Part shown: positions 53,981 to 64,000 of the stretch, in pieces
Numbering within the stretch: the stretch's first letter is position 1
Layout of the letters: the number at the start of each line of letters is the position of its first letter
Assembly: GCA_052279835.1 (NCBI GenBank)
Contig: CP181291.1
Location: 1,600,001 to 1,664,000, forward strand
From: Microcoleus sp.
GTDB lineage: Bacteria; Cyanobacteriota; Cyanobacteriia; Cyanobacteriales; Microcoleaceae
Direction: 5' to 3'
Length of the DNA: 64,000 nucleotides
Translations under genes and position numbers: made by a program
The notes under the pieces: generated by a model
Seen by the model: the letters and a program-made list of their open reading frames with translations, nothing else
Databases searched by the model: none
What the model was told of the DNA's origin: nothing

Positions 53981-56605
53981 ATGTCGTGGATGCCCTTAAG
54001 TCACCGGATTCATCATTTGCCCCTGATTCTAGCCGGTCCAATTTTACGTCGAACAGAAAGTCAGGCTGTGACTGTTTGGCTAGCTCTGAAAGCACCCCGC
54101 CAAGTCGAACTCCAGGTTTACTCGACGGAGGGGGGAACTGGCGAAACGATCGCTCAACCTTTGCTCCAAGGTACTGCTTCTACCGTGCCACTGGGCCAAT
54201 ACCTGCACGTAGTGGCCGTGACTGCCAAGCCGATCGACAGCAATTGCTTGACATCTGGGCAAATATATGCTTATAATATCGAGTTTGCTGGTTGCGAGTC
54301 GTCCGCAGTTCCAGGAGTGGAAAATGAGACAGAAAATCTCCTTTCTTGCCTGTGGCCTATCGCCGAGGATTTGTCTTGTTTGGGACCTGGGACGATCGGT
54401 TATTTCGATCACCAGTTGCCCACTTTTGCCCTACCACCGCAGGATTTAAACTATTTGCGGATTGTTCACGGTTCTTGTCGCAAGCCGCACGGAGGCGGAC
54501 GAGATGCACTGCCAATCTTGGATAGTTCGATCGAACAGTTCGCAGGAATGGCAAATTCCAGACCTCACCAACTGTTTTTAACGGGTGACCAAATTTACGG
54601 GGACGATGTTGCCGATCCGATGTTGTGGGCTTTAACCGATGCTGGTGATGCACTATTGGGCTGGAAAGAGAATTTGCCCCTGACGAATGTTCAAATTCAA
54701 GATAATTTGTGTACCAGTATACCTAAAAACGGCAAAAAAACAAATAAGATTCGCGATCGAGTGACAGTTTCTACAGAGCCCCAGTTTCAGCAACAGCCAG
54801 AAATTCAGTATAAATACAAGCAACCAGTTGATTTGAAACCGGGAACTCGCACCGATATTGCTAGAGATTTTGGTGGCTTTACAGCAATGTTGGTGAATAA
54901 ACCAGACAATGCGAAAAATCATTTGTTTGGTTTGGGCGAATATTGTGCGATGTATTTGTTAGTTTGGTCCCCTGTGCTTTGGTGCAAGGGTTTTCCGAAA
55001 GGTCAGGATATTTGCGATAATGCCAAGCAGGCAAAAGTCTGGGACCGAGAAGCTTTTGAACTGGAAAGTTTTGCTCGCAATCTGTGGAGAGTCAGGAGGG
55101 CGATCGCCAATATTCCTACTTATACCATTTGTGACGACCATGATGTGAGCGATGACTGGTATTTGAATCGAGAATGGTGTCACCGGGTGCTGGGTAAACC
55201 CTTCGGGCGACGGGTGGTGCAGAATGCTTTGCTGGCTTATGCTGTGTTTCAGGCTTGGGGAAATACGCCGCAACAGTTCGATGCAGGAACAGTGGGAGAG
55301 AAATTATTAACAACTGCTGCAAAATGGTCGGATTCTGCTGGGAGTGATGATTTAGCTTGGGAAAAAGTGGCTAAGTATTTGGGGATTCCGGCTGTTGATA
55401 TTGAGACTAATTTGCCGAAGTTTAAATTAGATGAAGATGTTTTAATTTTGGATCGGGATGATGAGGCGTTGGAGTGGCATTTTACGATTAGAAGTTTTAA
55501 GCATGAGGTGATTGTGCTGGATACGCGGACTTGGCGGGGCTATCCGACGGAAAGTGCGATCGATCCGCCAATGCTTTTGACTCATAAAGGTTTTGAGGAG
55601 CAAATTCAGCAGCCTTTGAAAGAAACGGAATTGTTGAATGCAACTGGGAAGTTGGAGATTGAGGCAACTTTGGTTGTTTTACCTACAAATTTGGTGGGTT
55701 TGTGGATTATTGATGCGGTGCAAAAGTGGGATGTGGAGCACGGGAAGGTTTTTAATAGTGATGCGGGGGATGCTTGGAATTTTCATGAGTTGGCTTTTGT
55801 GAAGTTATTGGCGGAGTTTTTTAAGCGGCGCGGGAGGGTGATTGTGTTGACGGGGGATATTCATTATGCTGCTGCTGTGCGATTGAGTTATTGGTCGGAT
55901 TGTCATTTTGGGGATTGTCGATCGAATATATCGAATATTGAGTCTTTGTCAAGGGTGGATGTGGATTTGGAAACCGCAAAGGCGCAGAGAACGCAGAGGG
56001 AGGAGAAGGAGGGTGTTTTGGGTTTGGATGGGGGGAAGGATAGAGCGAGTTTTCAATATTCTGTGTTGGCGCAATTAACTGCTAGTGCTTTGATTAATGA
56101 GGAGTGGAAAACTCATTTGATTCATACTAAGATTAAGTCATTGTTTCCTGAGCGGACTCACGAGTGTTTGGGATGGAATAAGCCACTGGAATTGGTGAAA
56201 GTTTCGAGGGTTAACAGCAAGAAGTCTGTCGCTGCTGCGGTGAGAAATAGACAATCTTTGCCGGATTGGGGTTATCGGATTGATTGGATGAAACGACAAA
56301 AGGCTCGTGTATTTTTGCAGCCTGAAAGTGGGATTGTGTCAAGTAAATCTGGTCGGAATCAGGGATGGTCTTTGGGGCAGAGGTTGTGGCAGATTGTGTC
56401 GCTGTTGTGGCGCAATCGCTGGCTGCAAGAGGGTGATGAGATTGTGGGATATAGCAATATTGCGATCGTTAGTTTTCAGTGGCCCGCTGATGGTGATGGG
56501 GAGAAGGCGGCGATCCAAAATGTTTATTGGCGGCCTGTTTGGGCACCGGATAGTGTGGTTTATAGTCAATATTTTGTGTCGTTAGAAACAAATCAGGATG
56601 ATTAG
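53981..56605 (+). CDS. PhoD-like metallophosphatase
   Basis: HGSCRKPH, TGDQIYGDD, DDHDV.DDW, LDTRT, GDIH. Confidence 0.85.
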   Translation: MSWMPLSHRIHHLPLILAGPILRRTESQAVTVWLALKAPRQVELQVYSTEGGTGETIAQPLLQGTASTVPLGQYLHVVAVTAKPIDSNCLTSGQIYAYNIEFAGCESSAVPGVENETENLLSCLWPIAEDLSCLGPGTIGYFDHQLPTFALPPQDLNYLRIVHGSCRKPHGGGRDALPILDSSIEQFAGMANSRPHQLFLTGDQIYGDDVADPMLWALTDAGDALLGWKENLPLTNVQIQDNLCTSIPKNGKKTNKIRDRVTVSTEPQFQQQPEIQYKYKQPVDLKPGTRTDIARDFGGFTAMLVNKPDNAKNHLFGLGEYCAMYLLVWSPVLWCKGFPKGQDICDNAKQAKVWDREAFELESFARNLWRVRRAIANIPTYTICDDHDVSDDWYLNREWCHRVLGKPFGRRVVQNALLAYAVFQAWGNTPQQFDAGTVGEKLLTTAAKWSDSAGSDDLAWEKVAKYLGIPAVDIETNLPKFKLDEDVLILDRDDEALEWHFTIRSFKHEVIVLDTRTWRGYPTESAIDPPMLLTHKGFEEQIQQPLKETELLNATGKLEIEATLVVLPTNLVGLWIIDAVQKWDVEHGKVFNSDAGDAWNFHELAFVKLLAEFFKRRGRVIVLTGDIHYAAAVRLSYWSDCHFGDCRSNISNIESLSRVDVDLETAKAQRTQREEKEGVLGLDGGKDRASFQYSVLAQLTASALINEEWKTHLIHTKIKSLFPERTHECLGWNKPLELVKVSRVNSKKSVAAAVRNRQSLPDWGYRIDWMKRQKARVFLQPESGIVSSKSGRNQGWSLGQRLWQIVSLLWRNRWLQEGDEIVGYSNIAIVSFQWPADGDGEKAAIQNVYWRPVWAPDSVVYSQYFVSLETNQDD

Positions 56606-56765
56606 AAAGCAGGTAGTTGAAACCCCATCTACACAGTGATAGTTATTGGGGATTATTCGTGATATCAAATTCCTTGACATTGGAATTATGATTTCTCTCA
56701 TCTCTTTCTCTGTGTCCTCTGTGTTCTAGTCAGGTTAAATCATTCCGATACAACCGGGATTGATC

Positions 56766-57686
56766 TTATAGAGAAACATCAAGAAAAGCATCAAAAGTTG
56801 CCCGATCGCACATAGCAACTTGAGCACCCATTTTAGTGACGCACAAAGCGCCCGCAGCCGCCCCCCAAACCACCGCCTCCTCCAAGGACAAACCAGCATC
56901 TAAGGCGGCCGCAAAACCGCCGTTAAAAGCATCACCAGCACCCACAGTATCGATCGCCTGCACCGCAAAAGCCGGGACAAACAAAGTCCGATCGGCAGTC
57001 ACAGCAACCACACCGCGATCGCCCAATTTGACGATCGCATTCTTCACACCCCGCTGCTGCAATTTTTTAGCGGCTTTAATCGCAGTTTCTGTGTCATGCA
57101 CCGCAAAGCCGACTAATTGACTGGCCTCCACTTCATTGGGCGCGATCGTATCAATTAGGGGATAAAGCTCTAGTGGCAAATCGGAACGAGCAGGCGCCGG
57201 ATCTAGAATCACTCGCACCCCCGCTTCAGATGCAATCAAAGCAGCCCTGCGGACAACTTCCAGGGGAATTTCTAACTGCAACAACAAGCTTGTAGCACCG
57301 GGTAACAGTTTTTGGAGACGTTCGATATCGGCATCACCAATATAATTATTCGCGCCCGGAATCACAATAATATTATTTTGACCGCCATCGTCTACGGCGA
57401 TAATTGCTACACCTGAATGAGAGTTTTTATCGATCGATATATTGTCTGTATTTAAACCAAAAGATTGTAAATTTGTCAACAATTCTTCACCAAATTTATC
57501 ATTGCCGACGCGCCCAATCATGTGAGTAGAAACGCCAAGACGGGCGGTGGCCACCGCTTGATTGGCTCCTTTGCCACCGCCGGCCCTCAAGAAATTGCTA
57601 CCAATAATAGTTTCCCCTGGTAGTGGCAACCGAGGGGTTTTAGCCACCAGGTCAATATTAATACTTCCAAATACGATGATGCTCAT
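56766..57686 (-). CDS. rbsK: Ribokinase
   Basis: GSINID, GGKGANQA, LQLE, PNE.E, DTVGAGDAF. Confidence 0.93.
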   Translation of the reverse strand: MSIIVFGSINIDLVAKTPRLPLPGETIIGSNFLRAGGGKGANQAVATARLGVSTHMIGRVGNDKFGEELLTNLQSFGLNTDNISIDKNSHSGVAIIAVDDGGQNNIIVIPGANNYIGDADIERLQKLLPGATSLLLQLEIPLEVVRRAALIASEAGVRVILDPAPARSDLPLELYPLIDTIAPNEVEASQLVGFAVHDTETAIKAAKKLQQRGVKNAIVKLGDRGVVAVTADRTLFVPAFAVQAIDTVGAGDAFNGGFAAALDAGLSLEEAVVWGAAAGALCVTKMGAQVAMCDRATFDAFLDVSL

Positions 57687-57791
57687 AGGGGATGGGGGAT
57701 AGTTCAGGGGGCGATCGGGGATGGGGACTAAGAACTAACAAATAACTAATAACAAATAACAAATAACGTGCTACAACAGGTATGATCTACA

Positions 57792-58499
57792 TTGGTCAAT
57801 TCCATGGCTGCACTCACTCTCGATCGCAATCCCTGTGTCCTGCTGGTGGAAACCGACGAAGTTCTCGCCGGACACTTGAGTCTGGACTTGAAATCCTCTG
57901 GCTACGAACCGATAGTGGCTTCTAACATCGCCACGGGGAAACTTTTAGCCCAGGAATTGCACCCAGCTTTGATTGTGATTGACAGGATGTTAGGCCCTGA
58001 GTCGGGACTATCCCTATGTTCTCACATCAGGAGTGGGGGGAGTCGAGTGCCGGTGTTGCTGTTGATCGGGCGTGATACAGTGGACGATCGGGTGGCTTGT
58101 CTGGAAGCTGGGGCTGATGATTATTTTCTTAAACCTTACCGCACTGAGGAGTTTTTGCAGTTGGTGCGGTTGTATTTGCAGCCAGATACTACCAGCAACA
58201 ACCAATTGAGGTTTGGGGATTTAGTCTTGGATTTGGCTAGTCGGCGCGCCCTACGGAACGATCGCGCGATCGACCTGACTATGAAGGAATATGAACTGTT
58301 AAAGTATTTGATGGAACATCCCCGCGAGGTGTTGACTCGCGAACAAATTCTGGAAAATGTTTGGGGTTACGATTTTCTGGGTGAATCCAACGTAATTGAG
58401 GTTTATATTCGCTATTTGCGGCTCAAGATTGAAGATGAGGGTGAAAAGCGGTTGATTCAGACGGTACGTGGTGTGGGCTATGTGATGCGGGAATCTTGA
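57792..58499 (+). CDS. nblR: OmpR-family response regulator, NblR-like
   Basis: Atypical receiver (VETD, IDRML) plus winged helix LTMKEYELL..ESNVIEVYIRYLR. Confidence 0.78.
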   Translation: MVNSMAALTLDRNPCVLLVETDEVLAGHLSLDLKSSGYEPIVASNIATGKLLAQELHPALIVIDRMLGPESGLSLCSHIRSGGSRVPVLLLIGRDTVDDRVACLEAGADDYFLKPYRTEEFLQLVRLYLQPDTTSNNQLRFGDLVLDLASRRALRNDRAIDLTMKEYELLKYLMEHPREVLTREQILENVWGYDFLGESNVIEVYIRYLRLKIEDEGEKRLIQTVRGVGYVMRES

Positions 58500-58588
58500 A
58501 AAAGTTTGAGGGAAGCAGAATTGCAGGTAGTGGAAAGTAGAGAAACCGGGTTGATTTTGCCAAACCCGGTTGGGGCTACCTACCAGCC

Positions 58589-59515
58589 TTAAAAATGCTT
58601 GACAATCTCTTCTATGGCCGATCGCAACTTGGGATATTCATACTGAAAACCACTAACTAAAGTGCGTTTAGGCAAAACTTGTTGACCTTCCAAAACAACT
58701 TTTGCCCCATCTCCCAACAGCAATTCTAAAGCAAAACTTGGCACCGGCAACCAAGAAGGTCGCTGCAAAACTTCTCCTAAAGTTTCGCACAATTCATTCA
58801 TCCGCACTGGATAGGGTGCTGTTGCATTCAACACACCTTCAACTTGGGGATTTTGCAAAGCATACAAAATTAAATTCACCACATCATCCCGGTGAATCCA
58901 AGAAAACCACTGTTTCCCAGTGCCAATGGGCCCGCCAGCAAATAATCTAAAAGCAGGTAGCATTTTTGCCAGAGCACCTCCCATTCCCAAGACGATTCCC
59001 AGGCGCAAAATTACTAAGCGGGTTCCGGTATTTTTCACTTTTTCGGCTGCACTTTCCCACTCTTTGCAAACCGCAGCTAAAAAATCATCTCCCCCAGGGC
59101 TATTTTCCTCAAACTCAGCGGTTTCGCTAGTGCCGTAATAGCCGATCGCCGATGCACTCACCAACACAGATGGTTTAGGATTAGCATTGGCGATCGCCTC
59201 GACCAATTTTGCCGTTGTTAATTTGCGACTATCAAGAATTGCTTGTTGGCGCGCCGCCGTCCACCGTTCCTCAGCAATTGGAACTCCCGCTAAATTTACC
59301 ACACCATCGCAGCCCCCGATCGAATGCTGCCAATCACCAGACTCGGCCGGAGAGTAACCGACAATCTCCAAATTCGGATAAGCTGAAGCGGGAAAAATTC
59401 GCCGAGCTCGCTCCGAGTCGCGGGCTAAAACCAGTATGCTATGTCCTTCCGAATGTAGCCTTTCTACCAAACGGCTACCTACAAATCCCGTTGCTCCAGC
59501 GATCGCTACTTTCAT
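58589..59515 (-). CDS. TIGR01777-family NAD-dependent epimerase/oxidoreductase
   Basis: GATGFVG, NLAG, SASAIGYYG, FLA.VC.EWE, G.QW.SWIH. Confidence 0.9.
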   Translation of the reverse strand: MKVAIAGATGFVGSRLVERLHSEGHSILVLARDSERARRIFPASAYPNLEIVGYSPAESGDWQHSIGGCDGVVNLAGVPIAEERWTAARQQAILDSRKLTTAKLVEAIANANPKPSVLVSASAIGYYGTSETAEFEENSPGGDDFLAAVCKEWESAAEKVKNTGTRLVILRLGIVLGMGGALAKMLPAFRLFAGGPIGTGKQWFSWIHRDDVVNLILYALQNPQVEGVLNATAPYPVRMNELCETLGEVLQRPSWLPVPSFALELLLGDGAKVVLEGQQVLPKRTLVSGFQYEYPKLRSAIEEIVKHF

Positions 59516-59649
59516 CTTTTACCCGCAATTCACATTTTTAGTATTGTAAAACTTCATTGAGTTTATAAGCAATTATAAACAATAATGGTATTATATTGTT
59601 GAGAGTGTTGAACAAGGAATACGCACAGCCTGAAGAACGGAAATCTCAA

Positions 59650-60867
59650 ATGCAGTTAACAGAGAGGCACATCATTAAATCAACGGAACCTCGTTTCGCC
59701 GAAATTGACGAACTAGCTTTCAAATCCAAAAATCTGTACAATGCTGCCAATTACGTCATTCGTCAGAACTTTATTTATGGATGGGGCTATGTCAATTACA
59801 ACGAAATGAACCGATTGATAAAGTCTCATGAAGCATACAAGGCAATGCCAGCCAAAGTAAGTCAGCAAATCTTGATGGTGCTAGATAAGAATTGGAAATC
59901 TTTTTTTAAAGCCGTCAAAGCTTACAAAGCTGACTCTTCAAAATTCACGGGTCGCCCAAAGTTGCCAAAATACAAAGATAAAGTCAAAGGGCGAAACATT
60001 CTTGTCTATACGATTCAAGCGATTAGCAGCAAACAGTTGAGAAGCGGAATCATCAAACTTTCCGGCACTGAACTTTCAATTAAAACTAAAATTAACCCTG
60101 GCCGAATTTGTCAAATTAGGTTGGTTCCCAAATGTGATTCCTATGTAATTGAGGTAATTTATGATGCTTGTACTGAGCATAGTCGAAGTGAACCGGAGTC
60201 CACCGCCTCATATAACGACTTTGCAGCCGGTGTTGATTTGGGGTTGAATAATTTAGTGGCGCTAACTTCAAATCAACCGGGATTTATCCCGCTGTTGATT
60301 AACGGGCGGACATTGAAATCAATCAACCAGTTCTATAACAAGCGCTCATCGCGATTACAATCCCAGTTGAAAGGGAGGCGCAAAACTTCACCTCGGATTC
60401 AGCGACTAACTCGCTGTCGCAATCAGAAAGTAGAAAATTACTTGCATCATGCGAGTCGCAGGATTGTTGATATTTTGGTCGCGCAACGAATTGGAACGTT
60501 AGTAATTGGTAAAAATGCACAGTGGAAAACCGATATCAACCTCGGAAAACAGACTAATCAAAACTTTGTCAGCATTCCTCATGCTCGATTAATCGAGATG
60601 TTGGAATACAAAGCTTTTCTGGTCGGAATCAAAGTAATCATTCAGGAAGAATCTTTTACCTCCAAAGCTAACTTCCTGGGCTTAGATCCAATTCCTGTTT
60701 ACGGAAAAACAGAAAAAGAGCCTGTATTTACCGGAAAACGGATTAAGCGAGGTTTGTACAAAACATCGACTGGTCAGTTAATTAATTCTGACGTGAACGG
60801 TTCTTTTAACATTCTCAGAAAAGCAATCCCAAATGCGTTCGGCGATGGGATAGGGTCGTGGGCGTAG
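59650..60867 (+). mobile_element. tnpB: IS200/IS605-family TnpB-like protein, no adjacent tnpA
   Basis: SKNLYN.ANY..RQ, W.SFF, P..PKY, GVDLGLNN, N.LH.ASR, EES.TSK, G.R.KRGLY, INSDVNGSFNI. ATG 59650. Confidence 0.88.
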
Positions 60868-61065
60868 CTCAGCCGAGGCGGGTTAATCCGCTCAAAGTGA
60901 AAGCGAAAGGGGAGGGACTTGATGCCTCCCATGTCTATAAATGACTATACTTTTACCAGCTATTTTAGACCATCGTCCAAACAGTATTAGATTATACAAA
61001 ACTCTAGAACCAGGTCGCTCGCCTCACCACAAGCTAAAACTTGTTTTTCGTTAAACTGATAAGGA

Positions 61066-62706
61066 ATGCAAGGATCGCAAACAATGCCTGGAAAACAACC
61101 AAAGCTTCTAATTGCTGCCACCATCATCGCAGCAGGTAGCGCAGCGGTCTACTTTTACTTCAAGGGTTTGACTGAACAAGTATCCAACCCTGTCGAAAGT
61201 GCCAAAGTGGTACCGGAAAAAGCAATCATGGCCGCGTTCATCTCCCCCAATCCCCAAGCGCTGTCCCAGTTGGAGCGATTTGGCACCCCAGGGGCTCAAA
61301 AATTAATCGGCCAGGGTTTGAAGACTTTTCAAGAACAAAGCTTAGCAGGCACTGATATTGACTATGACAAGGACTTAAAGCCTTGGCTGGGCGGCGTGAT
61401 GGTGGCTTTACTCCCCCCTGATGGCGAGGCGAAGACTGAACCTCCCAAACTGCTGCTAGTTGTCAGTGTCAAAAATAAAATTAGTGCTTGGAATTTTGCC
61501 AATAAATTAAAATCTCAGCAAGGTGCAAAAACTCAGGAAAGCGAATATCAAGGGGTAAAAATTTCTGAGATTACAGAACCAACAGGAAAGGGCTACAGCG
61601 TGGCTTTGCTTGACGATAAATTAGTTATAGCTCCGTTGAAAAAGCCTGTACAATTGGCGATCGATACTTTTAAAGGACAGCCTTCCCTCGCCACTAAGCA
61701 GAGTGCAACTAAGTTTTTGTCTGACAGTGCAGGGGTAGAAAATCCGATCGCCACTGTTTATATTGCTGACTACCAGGCTGCAATGCAGCAATTTCAAGCT
61801 AATTTGCCTCCTGATGTTAAGTTACCTTCTACAGTGTTTTCCCAGTTCCAGCAAGTCAAGTCAATGGTTGCAGGAATAGGGGTGGACAGTGCGGGATTGA
61901 GGGTCAAAACTATTGCTCAGTTAGACCCCAATTTTCCTGGGCAAAAGCCCCAAGCAGCCTCGAAATTGTTGCCGAGATTTCCTGGTGAAACTATCGCTGT
62001 AGTTGGTGGCCAGGACATTGCTAAAATCTGGTCTCAAGCTACCGCTGATGCCAAAGATATCCCCGAAGTTGACCGGGGAGTTCAGCAAGTGAGGGATAGT
62101 TTTAAGCGGTTGAATTTGGATGCGGATCGAGATGTTTTTGGGTGGATGAATGGGGAATTTGCGATCGGGGCGATCGGTTCCAATCAAGGCATTTTGTCTC
62201 AGTTGGGGATGGGGGCTGTGATGATTTTTGAAACGAGCGATCGCCCCGCAGCCGAAACCCTGCTGACCAAATTAGATGCGATCGCCAAAAGCAATCCCAG
62301 TGTCAGCGTCGCCTCCAGACAAGTTCAGGGTAAGGAGGTGACGGAATGGAAAATACCCCAGCAAGGAACTTTATTCGGGCACGGCTGGGTGAATCAAAAT
62401 ACCATGTTTGTCGCTTTCGGCGGGCCTTTAGTTGAGGCGATCGCCTCACCACCGCCACAGCCTTTAAGCACCAGTCCGAGTTTTCAGGCGATCTCGACTT
62501 CTGTGTCCCCAGGCGATCGGGGTTACTTTTATTTGGACATGGACAAAACCATGTCCTGGGCTAACCAATATTTGCTCAAAGCAGCACCAACTTTAGTTTC
62601 ACCGCCTACCGCCGAAGTGCTGAATTCTCTGCGAGGAGTTAGCGTTGTCACAACCGCCCCAGAACCCTCCATTACTCAATTGGAAATGCTGTTTTCTTTC
62701 AACTAG
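61066..62706 (+). CDS. DUF3352-like exported protein
   Basis: N-terminal hydrophobic anchor, D..PWLG, Y.GV.I, D.FGWM.GEFA, G.FYLD. Confidence 0.75.
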   Translation: MQGSQTMPGKQPKLLIAATIIAAGSAAVYFYFKGLTEQVSNPVESAKVVPEKAIMAAFISPNPQALSQLERFGTPGAQKLIGQGLKTFQEQSLAGTDIDYDKDLKPWLGGVMVALLPPDGEAKTEPPKLLLVVSVKNKISAWNFANKLKSQQGAKTQESEYQGVKISEITEPTGKGYSVALLDDKLVIAPLKKPVQLAIDTFKGQPSLATKQSATKFLSDSAGVENPIATVYIADYQAAMQQFQANLPPDVKLPSTVFSQFQQVKSMVAGIGVDSAGLRVKTIAQLDPNFPGQKPQAASKLLPRFPGETIAVVGGQDIAKIWSQATADAKDIPEVDRGVQQVRDSFKRLNLDADRDVFGWMNGEFAIGAIGSNQGILSQLGMGAVMIFETSDRPAAETLLTKLDAIAKSNPSVSVASRQVQGKEVTEWKIPQQGTLFGHGWVNQNTMFVAFGGPLVEAIASPPPQPLSTSPSFQAISTSVSPGDRGYFYLDMDKTMSWANQYLLKAAPTLVSPPTAEVLNSLRGVSVVTTAPEPSITQLEMLFSFN

Positions 62707-62903
62707 ACAGCAGGAGTCCCGCGCTCTACCGATCGAGGTGAGCGTCGGCTAGACACAAATCTGCCAAGTCAAAAATTAAGTTGATTTTGTGGTAAGTTTG
62801 CCAAAAATTGCATCTAAATGACCGCCGACACCTAAAATAAACTTTGTAGTTTGTTCAAGGGTATGCAATCTGACTGCTTTCCAACAAAATTAATGCAACT
62901 TTC

Positions 62904-63798
62904 ATGGTGCTAAAAATTCTCCTGCTGCCCCTAGGGTTTCAATTTACATCCCCAGGTCCGATCGTCTTTGAATTGGGCCCCCTAGCTGTCCGGTGGTACG
63001 GCTTGTTGATTGCTTCTGCCGTTTTGATTGGGGTGAGTCTGTCCCAATACTTAGCGGCCAAGCGTCGCATTAACCCCGAATTGCTTGGCGATTTGGCAAT
63101 TTGGCTAGTTGTGGGCGCTATTCCTTGTGCCCGAATTTATTACGTTGCTTTCGAGTGGCACCAGTATGCCCAGCGCCCGGAGGATATTATTGCGATTTGG
63201 AAAGGGGGAATTGCTATTCATGGGGCGATTTTGGGTGGCACGATAGCCGCTTTAATTTTTGCCAAAATCTGCCAAGTTTCTTTTTGGAAGTTGGCCGATT
63301 TAGTTGCCCCTTCGGCAATTCTTGGTCAAGCAATGGGACGCTGGGGAAATTTCTTTAACTCAGAAGCCTTTGGCCGTCCTACAGATTTACCTTGGAAACT
63401 GTATATTCCTCTACAACATCGCCCACAGGAATATGCAAGTTTTGAATATTTTCATCCCACATTTCTCTACGAATCCCTGTGGAATTTGACAGTATTTGGG
63501 TTGTTGATGACTTTGTTTTTCTGGGATTTGCAGGGTAAAATTCGCTTGAAAATTGGTAGTTTATTTTTGGTTTATTTGACTGCCTACAGTTCCGGTAGAA
63601 TCTGGATTGAAGGGTTGCGAAACTGACAGTTTAATGTTCGGGCCGCTGCGGACAGCACAGATGGTAAGTTTGACAGGGATTGTTTTAGGGTTGGGTGGCT
63701 TGGCTTGGCTTTATTATTTCGATCGAGCTTTGCCTGATGTTGTTTCCCCTAAATGCGATCGATCCCACCTCCCGGAGCAACCGCCGGAAAACCAATAA
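62904..63798 (+). CDS. lgt: Prolipoprotein diacylglyceryl transferase, split by one extra A at 63620-63622
   Basis: [38 protein letters not shown]. Removing an A restores IEGLRTDSL and the last TM helix. Confidence 0.92.
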
Positions 63799-63953
63799 AA
63801 AACCCCAGAGACTAATCTCTAGGGTTAAACCAGGGTGCATCTACCAACCCTTCCTTCTAGCCGAAACAGGTGCATCAGGAAGATCGGGTAAATTGAGCAC
63901 TTTTTGTTTAAAGTTGAGTTTGACAGACCAAAATCCCCAATCCCCCATCCCCA

Positions 63954-64000
63954 ATGCAGAGTGAATCCTTGATGCCCGGAGTGTATATTGTGGGTGCAGG
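63954..64000 (+). CDS. Start of a probable tetrapyrrole methyltransferase (CobM-like), truncated by the window end
   Basis: MQSESLMPGVYIVGAG; VYIVGAG is the N-terminal motif of this family. Confidence 0.55.
   Translation, partial: MQSESLMPGVYIVGA

Overview
Chromosomal DNA from a filamentous cyanobacterium (Oscillatoriales/Microcoleus-like). Evidence: frequent HIP1 octamers GCGATCGC, heptamer tandem repeats, AGAAACCGGGTTTCT palindromes, and chlL/chlN, ndhQ, nblR, xisH/xisI. The standout is 1-11.2 kb. A ~1,890-codon gene (beta-propeller-like repeats, GFSRG alpha/beta-hydrolase-like domain, C-terminal NucA-like nuclease) is followed by 5'-truncated, partly divergent copies of its own 3' half. 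These alternate with four related pentapeptide-repeat genes, three of them convergent with a nuclease-tail remnant. The layout resembles a polymorphic toxin locus with orphan cassettes. I infer, untested, that pentapeptide-repeat proteins rather than NuiA provide nuclease immunity. The rest is mostly housekeeping: trx, fabG, rbp, proA-like, tRNA-Gly, rph, adk, rbsK, lgt, cobM start. There is also a polysaccharide/glycosyltransferase cluster, several TA modules, an orphan C5 methyltransferase, a solo TnpB, MITE-like repeats, and a STAND-TPR gene divergent from a GRDP-like plus CHAP-RTX pair. Four genes, including normally essential lgt, carry +1 insertions in homopolymers, so frameshifts here may be sequencing errors. 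Family assignments come from motif recognition by eye, not database searches.
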